Below are positions 9,801 through 17,924 of a stretch of 64,000 nucleotides of DNA, one piece after another. The translations under genes and the position numbers were made by a program. The notes beneath the pieces were generated by a model, which was not told the origin of the DNA, did not search any database, and saw only the letters and a list, made by a program, of their open reading frames with translations. Each line of letters opens with the position of its first letter. Position 1 is the first letter of the stretch. Source of the stretch: Giardia intestinalis (lineage: Eukaryota); assembly GCA_000002435.2 (NCBI GenBank), contig CM018793.1; one strand, written 5' to 3'.

Positions 9801-11463
9801 CAACCAAATGAAGATTGCAAATAAATTTAAAGCATCGAGCCTTGATGAGGTCTTTCGTAAACTCGGCTCTGGGATTACTATGCGGATGTCTGTGAAGCAG
9901 CAGAGTCTTCCGCACGTGCAAGATAATTACTCACTTCCCCCGTGTACCAGCTTTATTTTGTCGGAGTTTGTGGAAGACGTGGACAGGATGGAGAATGCCT
10001 CAGCTGGGTCGGCTTCCTCTAGAAAGAAGTTGCCCAGCAAAAGGAGCTCGGTGTTCCAGCACTTTCCTAGCATAAAGCCGACTTTCAAGACTTCAGATGG
10101 GAAACAATATTCTAACGTTCTAACGGTAGCATTTAAACCGAGTATATATGATAACAACAATACCCTTAGTACTGCTACGTCAACTATATGCTGTGAGTAT
10201 CCAGATGGTTCATATTTAAGAGGACTCGTACAGAGCTTGGCACCGCCTCCTTTCTTCGAAGAAGTCTCGCCGAAAATAACAAAGTCCACGCTCTGCATAA
10301 CGGATTTATATGCATCCCATTCATTTGAGACAATTGTCGAACAGTCAAAGCAACTGTCTGGAGGCAATGTAGTTACTCATAAAGATGCTATGCATCAGAG
10401 GATCGAAAGCACTAGTCAGACCCTTTTTGGCGCCGAGAACAGTCTATCAAAATCTCAGACCAGTTTCAGTTTTGGTGTACCCATTCAGAAACATACTAGC
10501 CAGCCGCAGATGATAAACGAATCCACTCAGCAGAAGAGCGCCTGGCCAGAAGCAAAGCCATTTACATTTGTAGCACCAATAAAGTCAGAAGTGCAGTCAG
10601 AAAAACCACTGTTCTCGTTTGGACCAAAACTAGAACCTAGTAACTCTGTCCAGGCAGAAAAGTCGCCCGATGATAAATTGGAACCAGCTCAGAATAGGGA
10701 CGCAGCAGATATGACTCTACCGGTCCCCCATCCAGTACCATTATCAGTATCAACGGACACAACACACGAAGAGCAGAAAACATCAATATCTGACTCTAAA
10801 CCTGCAAGCGAAGCTCGTGAAAATATCAAAGATGAATCTACCAGCGAGACAGCAAGTGGTAGCAAGGCACTGTCATCTGGGTTTAATTTTAATGTTCTAA
10901 AACCCATCATAGCACAGGATGCAGGAAATAAATCAAAGAGTTGCGAATCTAGCTTCCAGCCAACCGCGCCTACTAAGACAGCTGGCAGTACTTCTAGTTT
11001 GTCCGAAGTATTTAATAACTTCACCAAGACCACCAAGACTGAACCAAATGGCAATAATGTACTTCAACCTAGTCCTAGTCAGCCAGCTGCAAATTCATTT
11101 GCTTTTGGTGTACCAAAAGAACCGCCTGAGAGTAATGTGGTGAGTACAGTGACTACTTTTGGCACTGGATTTGGCACCAGCACTAATTTTGGCTTTGATA
11201 CAGTAACTATCAATCCAACTCCCAACGTCGGAGCCCAGATGACAACACCGGTTACTACTTTCCAAAATTCCTTTTCATTTCAGGGAGTATTTGGTCAAGG
11301 ATCACAACAGACAGCACCAACCGCTAAAATGTTTAATCCTCCTTCCTCTGGCACAACAACTAATTCAGTTTTTGGCAATGTGGGATTTCCAGGGACCTCT
11401 AATCCATTTGGATCTGGCACGGCACCAATAAGCTTTAACTTTGGCGGCGTGGCGAACAAATAG
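6877..11463 (+). CDS. FG-repeat nucleoporin-like protein (~1528 aa)
   Basis: The C-terminal ~350 aa carry FG-type repeats (FSFGVPIQ, FSFGPKLEP, FAFGVPKEPP, FGTGFGTSTNFGFDT, FSFQGVFGQG, NPFGSGTAPISFNFGG) in a Ser/Thr/Pro/Gln-rich context. The ORF-track start at 6859 is TTG; the first ATG is at 6877. Confidence 0.55.
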   Translation: MENEKPGRCRFYPLTSIVWDTDTGISATTPVDDTTYPELLFSCTGRHLVMGPANGRDFLSVSLDNLALEENISIKARGERVLSFEGRTEAGITGILAVPNGHVLCWEEDHALREYHLAFESDNKTVLLAELATDVQQLYALPHPILLTLDPPGDDTVCKPQEMLCLGTYITDTCLTAIILIDNAQLAFCKIAALDDYIKHGTAPTLTSCVTSSRRLVFGVFQSPETLLIVEADDLSTPQIYDVSQVFDDNLLDEGTSYADPKEVVLLGLFDGKFAILASYTSDYDTVVAIYNIFDKKLEFSTVVKQYVVGCTVTPYCPGPYDFFFNMLFLNMSDIVSLDFFYFSYAARDNYNAILERLDSYMSKEGHSTNHFINVLVKSCEEFFQSLKVSGDYAHTFIPLLSGSELFGMVPSARFSRVPCLPEVDQSIFFSPQNIVLSTPVISSASAIADNPSIPGINHKEDLIKQKIITMGDTIDWSYSTNACEIKDKIKELVTNSCTEYNLSVTLSELPPFHLDSPNCGYDKIYANLVFAHLGGTNQMTVYVETVSRVYISDFLPLYILQFDIRNSQDGSSCISSLKVPQNEETTALETATLLDDTLLTDYPTDMLGLAISDEPPLMEVSEKKPSNAHEQPLICASIEAHSSPKTGSAEPAPLHQGESKFSPSGSLKNDLNYLEAELDTQINKKIDEAKEKYAQALSSLITAYAVKGELTLFLDSILPDYFATSPSYLSVMKQLNQLRGVHIMLESRTVDGCSLSTNFLRNLYAMKSQNAFPSLTPMFGADSLTFSTAIIKDINGLLCYRLSSPLLPSHASSEETTIGIHHFCDVMDTVLSAYEHQLDVFQLGYRLYWNMDESLKLLNSKEPCTEHFNNAASSLPTSTIQPDSTLFGTSSSGVRTSRPKANTIDSLDLSNYEDASLEELTLTQNRVSNSGFSSLFNSMNYKSSYTGIAQSYSLDNTNLPLRLTRPLETTYENGNQMKIANKFKASSLDEVFRKLGSGITMRMSVKQQSLPHVQDNYSLPPCTSFILSEFVEDVDRMENASAGSASSRKKLPSKRSSVFQHFPSIKPTFKTSDGKQYSNVLTVAFKPSIYDNNNTLSTATSTICCEYPDGSYLRGLVQSLAPPPFFEEVSPKITKSTLCITDLYASHSFETIVEQSKQLSGGNVVTHKDAMHQRIESTSQTLFGAENSLSKSQTSFSFGVPIQKHTSQPQMINESTQQKSAWPEAKPFTFVAPIKSEVQSEKPLFSFGPKLEPSNSVQAEKSPDDKLEPAQNRDAADMTLPVPHPVPLSVSTDTTHEEQKTSISDSKPASEARENIKDESTSETASGSKALSSGFNFNVLKPIIAQDAGNKSKSCESSFQPTAPTKTAGSTSSLSEVFNNFTKTTKTEPNGNNVLQPSPSQPAANSFAFGVPKEPPESNVVSTVTTFGTGFGTSTNFGFDTVTINPTPNVGAQMTTPVTTFQNSFSFQGVFGQGSQQTAPTAKMFNPPSSGTTTNSVFGNVGFPGTSNPFGSGTAPISFNFGGVANK

Positions 11464-11464
11464 G

Positions 11465-13699
11465 CTACATACCTTCTATTTCCTTGGCATCCCAAAGCTT
11501 CCTTTGGACACACTTCTGTAAGCGCATCTCGGACCGTCCTGTTGACAGGGGCACACGGTCCTCCGGATACTTTCTGGCAGCCAGTCTTGTCTGAAGAAGT
11601 GGTTGCAGGATTGCCTTTGCAGATTCATAGAGGTTCAGTTTGCTATCATTGCTTTTAAGGTTGCTCCTTGTAATTGCCTTCTTCACATTTAATAGCCGAT
11701 GCACGACCTCCTTCTTGTAGGAAGCAGTATCCATGGAACTGAGGGCAGAATATGCGGCAAAGGTTTGCATCCTATCTTGAGGCATGATGATTCTCAGTAT
11801 TGAGGAGAAGTCATCCTCTTGCTTTGGAGGAGATGCGGTTCGCGTAGTCGTATCCTTATACTCTTTTATGTGCTGCTCATAATCCTCCATCGACTTTGCC
11901 TGTTCAAGCTTTTCCAAAAGCTCACTATTGTGAATATAAATAAGGATCTTTTTGTATTTGTTTATGTCATCCTTGGACAGAAAGTTGAACTCGTTTTTGG
12001 CATCATATCTGTTGTCCGGAATAACCACATCGAAGAGTGTTTCGTCGTCAGCCATTTCTATGCTCTTTGTCATCTTCTTTGTGTGTAGCTTAAAGCCTGT
12101 GCTAATGGGTTGCTTTGCAAAACGTTTTCGATCATGGATATGAATGCTATTGATCTGTAGAGAGCTCAGCTGAGGTGTCTCTGACTCTGTGAGAGAAATG
12201 GCAGGGGCAGATTCTGAAAAGGAGCTATCTGTAGGCATTCCTCGCATCACAGCACTGTTCATTATCGTCAAATCGCTATCATCAGAACCCCCCTCTGCGT
12301 CTTCACGAAGCTGTGCCACTCTGTTGGAGTGACGAGACTTAAGTAATTGGGAGTTGATCATGGGATTCTGAGAACGAGCTATGTCAGTAAGGCTCTTTAG
12401 ATTCCCACTACTTATGAGGTTTCGTGCCAGCGAGGCATTTTCTGCACTCTTTTCTGAAATTTCGGCGGTTAGTTCTTTGATAATACGATCACTGAGGCCA
12501 CTATTCGGAGTGGCCAACTGGTCTCTTAGCGCTTTCTCGTGACGCCGCAAACACCTCCATGCTCGCTTCTTCCCGTGGTCAAGCGCTGAACCGAGCGGTT
12601 CAGTAATAGGTGGGGCTTCTTCAAGATGCTTGCAAAGTGGTTGTTGAGTTGAGTTACTAACAGGCTGATGAGGTAGAGGTGCAATCCACAAGCTTTTCTT
12701 ACTGGCTGTAGCATGCCCCCGTGCGAGTGCAGTTGCCATTATTTCATTCTTTGCTGAATTGACCGTTGGTGCAGATACAGGGAAATCAGGCTTTTTGGCA
12801 AAGTTGCTAGCACCTTGATAGTTATAGAACTCCTTCCAATCTCTATCTATGGAGCAAACATTACCCCCTTGTCTGTTGCGAACAGATGGAGCGGAGCAGG
12901 CGGAGCTTATGATAGAAACTAATTGATTTTCTCGCACAGAGATGACGTCAGCAATACGGTCTTCTACAGATTTAACACGCTGCTCCGTTTTTTTGCGGCT
13001 ACTGTGTGCTTGGTCCTGAGGCTTCTGCGTAGATGTCTGTTTAGTGTTGTAACTGTCCATAATCAACTTTACATTAGAAACATATGGGTCCTCGTGATAG
13101 AACTTTGCTAGAATAATATCTGGATCTGTGCTCACCTCACCATTAACTTCTGCAGTGTCAATGATCTCTGCCACGCGATTCAGTGTGTGTTTAAGCCTCT
13201 CCTTCTTCTCTGCTGCCTCATCCTCCGATAAATAGGACACCTCATCGGCTGCGTCAGCCGTGGTAGTTGTCTGTTTGATCTCATCTGAAAGAAACTTCTC
13301 AATGTGTTGAGGGAGTGGCCGTGGCTTGTGGATAGCACGCATTGGAGAAGAAGAACCAGCCACTGTCAGATGGGCGCTGCTCCCTGTTTCATACGCGGCT
13401 CTGCCCTCATCGATGATAGACTTTGTTAAGGCATTTCGATGCATCACCTGCCGCCGTTTGATAGCATTTCTCATCTCCTTTAGATCTGCAGCAGTAGCTG
13501 TCTGTTGTGATAAAATAGATGGTCCTGGCTGCTTGCGTGTGAGAGACGCAGTGCTCCCACCAGTCATGCTTCCGTCTACACAGCGCTCGGAATCAGTCAC
13601 TAGTCGAGACAGCTCCTCATATATCCGTAGGTTTTTATCTATTCGTGTAGCTAAACTGTTGAAATAGGTGCTGCGTAAGGCATTCTCTGAAAGAGCCAT
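11465..13699 (-). CDS. hypothetical protein (744 aa)
   Basis: ATG-initiated (cat at 13697-13699). The stop lies 1 nt from the stop of the convergent 6877-11463 gene. Confidence 0.6.
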   Translation of the reverse strand: MALSENALRSTYFNSLATRIDKNLRIYEELSRLVTDSERCVDGSMTGGSTASLTRKQPGPSILSQQTATAADLKEMRNAIKRRQVMHRNALTKSIIDEGRAAYETGSSAHLTVAGSSSPMRAIHKPRPLPQHIEKFLSDEIKQTTTTADAADEVSYLSEDEAAEKKERLKHTLNRVAEIIDTAEVNGEVSTDPDIILAKFYHEDPYVSNVKLIMDSYNTKQTSTQKPQDQAHSSRKKTEQRVKSVEDRIADVISVRENQLVSIISSACSAPSVRNRQGGNVCSIDRDWKEFYNYQGASNFAKKPDFPVSAPTVNSAKNEIMATALARGHATASKKSLWIAPLPHQPVSNSTQQPLCKHLEEAPPITEPLGSALDHGKKRAWRCLRRHEKALRDQLATPNSGLSDRIIKELTAEISEKSAENASLARNLISSGNLKSLTDIARSQNPMINSQLLKSRHSNRVAQLREDAEGGSDDSDLTIMNSAVMRGMPTDSSFSESAPAISLTESETPQLSSLQINSIHIHDRKRFAKQPISTGFKLHTKKMTKSIEMADDETLFDVVIPDNRYDAKNEFNFLSKDDINKYKKILIYIHNSELLEKLEQAKSMEDYEQHIKEYKDTTTRTASPPKQEDDFSSILRIIMPQDRMQTFAAYSALSSMDTASYKKEVVHRLLNVKKAITRSNLKSNDSKLNLYESAKAILQPLLQTRLAARKYPEDRVPLSTGRSEMRLQKCVQRKLWDAKEIEGM

Positions 13700-13819
13700 A
13701 CGTTTTTAAATTTGACCAAAAGCCTTCTTCTCCTGGGGTAAAACAAGGGCAGGAACGAAGGCCACACACCAGCAACACGCCATGCACAGCAAACGCTTAA
13801 ATAAATTCACTTTTGCCCT

Positions 13820-14371
13820 TCATAACTTCACCTTTCGAGTTTCGCCCTCAGACCCTATTCCCAAGTCAACTCTCCGGACAGTACTTTCTCGCGGTCTGAC
13901 AAAGATGATACGTCTTGTGCTGTTTAGTATATCTGGGCGGATAAATGAGCAAATAGCCGTCGCCTTAGAGAGGTTACCAGATGCTCGGAGGAGACACGAT
14001 CCTAGAACGGCAAAATTACACTGCTCGCCATATATCTTCCGAAGAAGCTCTATTCTGACTTCAAACTCTGTCTCGTCGATTCCCAAGACAGCCCAGGGTG
14101 ACTGCCTGAGCGTTTCTGCCCACTTCTCGTCAGGCGTTGCCAGCAGCTTTTCGCCCTCTGTCAAGACGACGCCCACAACGTCTGAAGGCAATAGGAGATC
14201 CTTAGCTGATGAGAACCTGCTCAACATGCTAAACTGGGGGGAGATAGCTAGCGTGTACATCTGCTGAAACTCCCGCTCAATTTGACAAATGTAGTTCTTG
14301 ATGGTTACCTGTGGGTCCGTAACAATAGATACAAAACGAAAGATTCCCAAGACATCGACTACCAGTTTCAT
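13820..14371 (-). CDS. hypothetical protein (183 aa)
   Basis: ATG-initiated ORF, divergent from the helicase gene at 14487. Confidence 0.35.
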   Translation of the reverse strand: MKLVVDVLGIFRFVSIVTDPQVTIKNYICQIEREFQQMYTLAISPQFSMLSRFSSAKDLLLPSDVVGVVLTEGEKLLATPDEKWAETLRQSPWAVLGIDETEFEVRIELLRKIYGEQCNFAVLGSCLLRASGNLSKATAICSFIRPDILNSTRRIIFVRPRESTVRRVDLGIGSEGETRKVKL

Positions 14372-14486
14372 TAGCGCCTATTCTCTGTGCCTCGTGCTTC
14401 AATCCCTGAACAAAAAAGTTTTATCCCTTATGGCGTGCGCTACTTTTGCATTTTTTTGCCATTTCAATAAAGAGTTTTTTAAAAGC

Positions 14487-15851
14487 ATGGCACCAAAGGC
14501 AGACAAGGAAAGCGGAAAGAATGCAGCCGGCGTTTCTTCTAAAGAGTCAGTGCCTCAGAAGTTGGTCAGTAAGGACGATACTGGCGACGAGTTGGCGCTG
14601 CTGGCGGATACAGGAGCTGAAGTGGCGTCTGGAGCGCTTAGACAAGCACGAGCAGGCTCGCCGCGATCTGGTGCCTTGCTCACACGTTTCTCAGATTTTA
14701 ATCTCAGGGAAGAGGTCTTGCAGGCCATCATAAGCAACGGATTCGAGAGCCCTTCAGATGTACAATCAATGGCAATACCCCCTGCTTTGGAGCACAAAGA
14801 TGTGATATGTCAAGCAAAGAGTGGTAAGGGCAAGACAGCCGTTTTTGTACTATCCCTGCTACACATGATAGATCCTCAAGCGGCCCCGCACAAAGTCCAG
14901 GCCCTCGTTCTATGCAACACACATGAGCTTGCAATGCAGATATACAAAGAGTTCACTCGCTTTGCAATCAACCTCCCAGATATTAAAGATAAAATACTTT
15001 GTGCTATTGGAGGTGTTACGGTGAGCCTACACGTCAGGGCTCTAAAGTCTAAGGATGTCTCCATAGCGGTTGGAACCATTGGCCGCGTGAGCGACTTAGT
15101 GGAGAGAGGAGCATTAGACCTCAGCTTCATTAAATATCTGGTGTTAGATGAGTTCGATGCGCTGTTCAAAGAAGAAGATAACTTCAAGAAGATTGCCGGA
15201 TTGATCTCTAAAATGCCCGCCACACACCAAACATTGCTCTTCACTGCTACCTTCACCGAGCACTCTGAGAAATTCGCCCGCTCCATCCTCAGGGATGGGT
15301 ACGTGGCAATCCTGGTTGACGATAAGCAGTTAGTTCTTACAGGGTTGATGCAGTACTACTTCAACGCCCCTGAGGAGAAGAAGCTTCATATTCTTCTTGA
15401 TTGTCTAAGGCTCTTGCCGTTTTCGCAAGCAGTTATCTTTGCAAGGGACATCTCGCGTGTCACAGCTCTAAATGAGTTCCTCAAGGAAGAAGGCCACGAG
15501 TGTGTGTGCTTCTTCGGAAAAATGCACCACAAGAAGCGAGAGGAGGTCTTCCAGGGGTTCAAAGATAAGAAGGCGCGGATCCTTGTCTCGACCGACATCT
15601 TCCAGCGTGGTGTTGACTTCGCCAATGTGAACCTGGTCATCCACTATGATATGCCGGACTCATCCGACGCATATCTTCACAGATCAGGGAGAGCCGGGCG
15701 TTTTGAAACCGCGGGGATGGTCTTGTTGTTTGTCGGGACTGCCGAAGAGTCGGAAATGTTGTCACAGATTCAAGGCCGTTTCGCCACCTCCATCCCTCAG
15801 GTGAAGTCCCCAGAGGAAATTGATGTCAAGGCGGCCTTCACTGGGAAGTAA
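14487..15851 (+). CDS. UAP56: DExD-box RNA helicase, UAP56/Sub2 (DDX39)-like
   Basis: Q-motif/motif I region FSDFNLREEVLQAIISNGFESPSDVQSMAIPPALEHKDVICQAKSGKGKTAVFVL closely matches UAP56. Motif II is DEFD (UAP56 has DECD), motif III is TAT, motif VI is HRSGRAGRF. Start taken at ATG 14487 (aaaagcATGg); the ORF-track start at 14298 is TTG. Confidence 0.8.
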   Translation: MAPKADKESGKNAAGVSSKESVPQKLVSKDDTGDELALLADTGAEVASGALRQARAGSPRSGALLTRFSDFNLREEVLQAIISNGFESPSDVQSMAIPPALEHKDVICQAKSGKGKTAVFVLSLLHMIDPQAAPHKVQALVLCNTHELAMQIYKEFTRFAINLPDIKDKILCAIGGVTVSLHVRALKSKDVSIAVGTIGRVSDLVERGALDLSFIKYLVLDEFDALFKEEDNFKKIAGLISKMPATHQTLLFTATFTEHSEKFARSILRDGYVAILVDDKQLVLTGLMQYYFNAPEEKKLHILLDCLRLLPFSQAVIFARDISRVTALNEFLKEEGHECVCFFGKMHHKKREEVFQGFKDKKARILVSTDIFQRGVDFANVNLVIHYDMPDSSDAYLHRSGRAGRFETAGMVLLFVGTAEESEMLSQIQGRFATSIPQVKSPEEIDVKAAFTGK

Positions 15852-15897
15852 AAAGACTCTCACTTTAATCGTTTTGTTTGATGTTGAAAAAAATTCC

Positions 15898-17901
15898 ATG
15901 GCTGACAAGACTGATAAGCCAAGAACGTACGTTCCGCCATCCCAGCGCAGTAGGATGCAGTCAGATAGCTTCTCCAGCGTATCGGATCTCAACTCGAGTC
16001 CCGGCCTCAAGTTATCTATTAGCACTCCTAGCATATCAACGGAGGTGATGAATCCCAATGCCCCCTTTGTGAGTGTCAGTGGCCAGACAAAGGTAAAGCA
16101 AGAATATCAGGGGCAAGAAAACGGGTATGAAGACGGTACTCGCTCCGTTACCCTAGGTGCTCGATCTTTTGATGTCCTTCTCAACCCGTCGACCTCCGGC
16201 TCCAATCTTACTGTTAGGCATATAAAATCCCAACAAAGGTTGTCAGATAAGCTCGACATGCTAATTCCACCTCCAGAGATAATTCTCTTCAAGCGCAGCG
16301 CGGAAAACAAGATGATAATCGACTATAACTCCATGGAGCCAGCCAATATAAAGATCGAGTATCCACAACTGGAAGGGAAGAATAAGGGGGTAAATAAAGG
16401 CAACTTTAGAGACCTGGACTTCAAAGACTTCTCTTCGGAGACCCTTCAGAAGCTTGGCTTTCCTCAAGACTTGATCAGGAACGTTGGAAAGCTCCGCTAT
16501 ACACAGCCGACGCCCATCCAAGAAAATGCGATCCCCCTTGTGCTGTCTTCTATGGACCTTTTAGCAACGTCCCAGACAGGCTCTGGAAAAACGTTTTCCT
16601 TCTTATCTCCCATCATTGCACAGCTCATTAGTAGTCGTGCAAAGGATGCTATCTCGGACGATGATAAGAATATGGAACAATCCATGTCTTTTCCTTTGGC
16701 TGTTATCCTGTCCCCAACTAGGGAGCTCACCCAACAGATTGCATTCATGTGCTACCAGCTCACCTTCAAGACCAACCTTATTGTGAGGCTTGTTTATGGG
16801 GGTGAGGGGGCTAGGGAGCAGAGAGGCCTATTAAAGAAGGGCTGCGACATTGTGATAGCAACACCTGGTCGCCTCAAAGATTTCCTCGAGAGGAGGTGTC
16901 TTAGCTTAAAATATGTTCGTGTCATGGTGCTAGACGAGGCAGATAAAATGCTCGATATGGGATTCGAACCTCAAATCCGCGATCTTGTATACAAGTTTGA
17001 TATGCCTGGTAATGGACCTAACGGCAATCGGCAAACCCTTATGTTTAGCGCTACCTTTGGGACCGGGGTTCAGGCCATGGCCAAGCGATATCTCCACAAT
17101 GAAGCCCGCATACACGTTGGGCAAATAGGTAGCACAACTACGATGATAAAGCAGCAATTTGAATACTTTGCCGAAACAGCTATAAAGTCAGTGGACAAAC
17201 GCATTGATAAACTAATACATATCTTGAAGAGCCCCGGTTCTATCCCTACGGCCTCATTTCTTACTCTGATATTTGTAGAAACAAAGAAGGATATCGGGTA
17301 TATCATAACAAAGCTCCTCAATGCTGGCCTGAGGGTGTGCGAGATGCATGGGGATCTTGAGCAGCGCGAGAGGCAGAACAATCTCAAGAGCTTCAAGGAC
17401 GGAAAGACTCCCGTTCTCGTTGCTACTGACGTAGCCCAGCGTGGCATCGACATAGGAGCAATCCGACACGTCATTAATTTCGATTTTCCAAAAGATATAG
17501 ATACATATATACATCGCATTGGTAGAACGGGACGCGCTGGGGCAGAGGGGCTTGCTACATCTTTTATTCTTCTCGACACACCCCACTACATATTGAGGGA
17601 CCTGAAGAATATCCTTCTGCAATCCAAGCAACCGTTGCCAAAGTTCCTTCAGGACAGCATGCCAAGCAAGTACGGGCAGGTGAGTGGTAGGGTGAGATCC
17701 AGGGAATATGAGTCTGTGAAAAAAGGTGCACGGATTGACTCTGATGAAGATTTGTCCGACTCAAGTGATTGTGCTGAACAGCTCCACTCGCGGTCTAGTC
17801 GTCATACAGGAGCCTCCGAAGCTGTGACTCCGGCTAAAACCCCAGCCAAACCGTCAGCCTCTATAAACGACACGAAAGAACCCGCTGAACGTTGGGATTA
17901 A
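15898..17901 (+). CDS. DED1: DEAD-box ATP-dependent RNA helicase, DDX3/Ded1 family
   Basis: Motifs YTQPTPIQENAIP, SQTGSGKTFSFLSPI, PTRELTQQI, DEADKMLDMGFEPQIRDLV, TLMFSATF and HRIGRTGRAG. ATG at 15898 preceded by gaaaaaaattcc. Confidence 0.8.
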   Translation: MADKTDKPRTYVPPSQRSRMQSDSFSSVSDLNSSPGLKLSISTPSISTEVMNPNAPFVSVSGQTKVKQEYQGQENGYEDGTRSVTLGARSFDVLLNPSTSGSNLTVRHIKSQQRLSDKLDMLIPPPEIILFKRSAENKMIIDYNSMEPANIKIEYPQLEGKNKGVNKGNFRDLDFKDFSSETLQKLGFPQDLIRNVGKLRYTQPTPIQENAIPLVLSSMDLLATSQTGSGKTFSFLSPIIAQLISSRAKDAISDDDKNMEQSMSFPLAVILSPTRELTQQIAFMCYQLTFKTNLIVRLVYGGEGAREQRGLLKKGCDIVIATPGRLKDFLERRCLSLKYVRVMVLDEADKMLDMGFEPQIRDLVYKFDMPGNGPNGNRQTLMFSATFGTGVQAMAKRYLHNEARIHVGQIGSTTTMIKQQFEYFAETAIKSVDKRIDKLIHILKSPGSIPTASFLTLIFVETKKDIGYIITKLLNAGLRVCEMHGDLEQRERQNNLKSFKDGKTPVLVATDVAQRGIDIGAIRHVINFDFPKDIDTYIHRIGRTGRAGAEGLATSFILLDTPHYILRDLKNILLQSKQPLPKFLQDSMPSKYGQVSGRVRSREYESVKKGARIDSDEDLSDSSDCAEQLHSRSSRHTGASEAVTPAKTPAKPSASINDTKEPAERWD

Positions 17902-17902
17902 A

Positions 17903-17909
17903 AGTAAAT
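17903..17909 (+). promoter_or_regulatory. Giardia-type polyadenylation signal AGTAAAT, 1 nt after the stop of the Ded1-like helicase gene
   Basis: Matches the AGTRAAY consensus directly after TAA (17899-17901). Confidence 0.5.
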
Positions 17910-17924
17910 AGAATTTCAAAAAAA

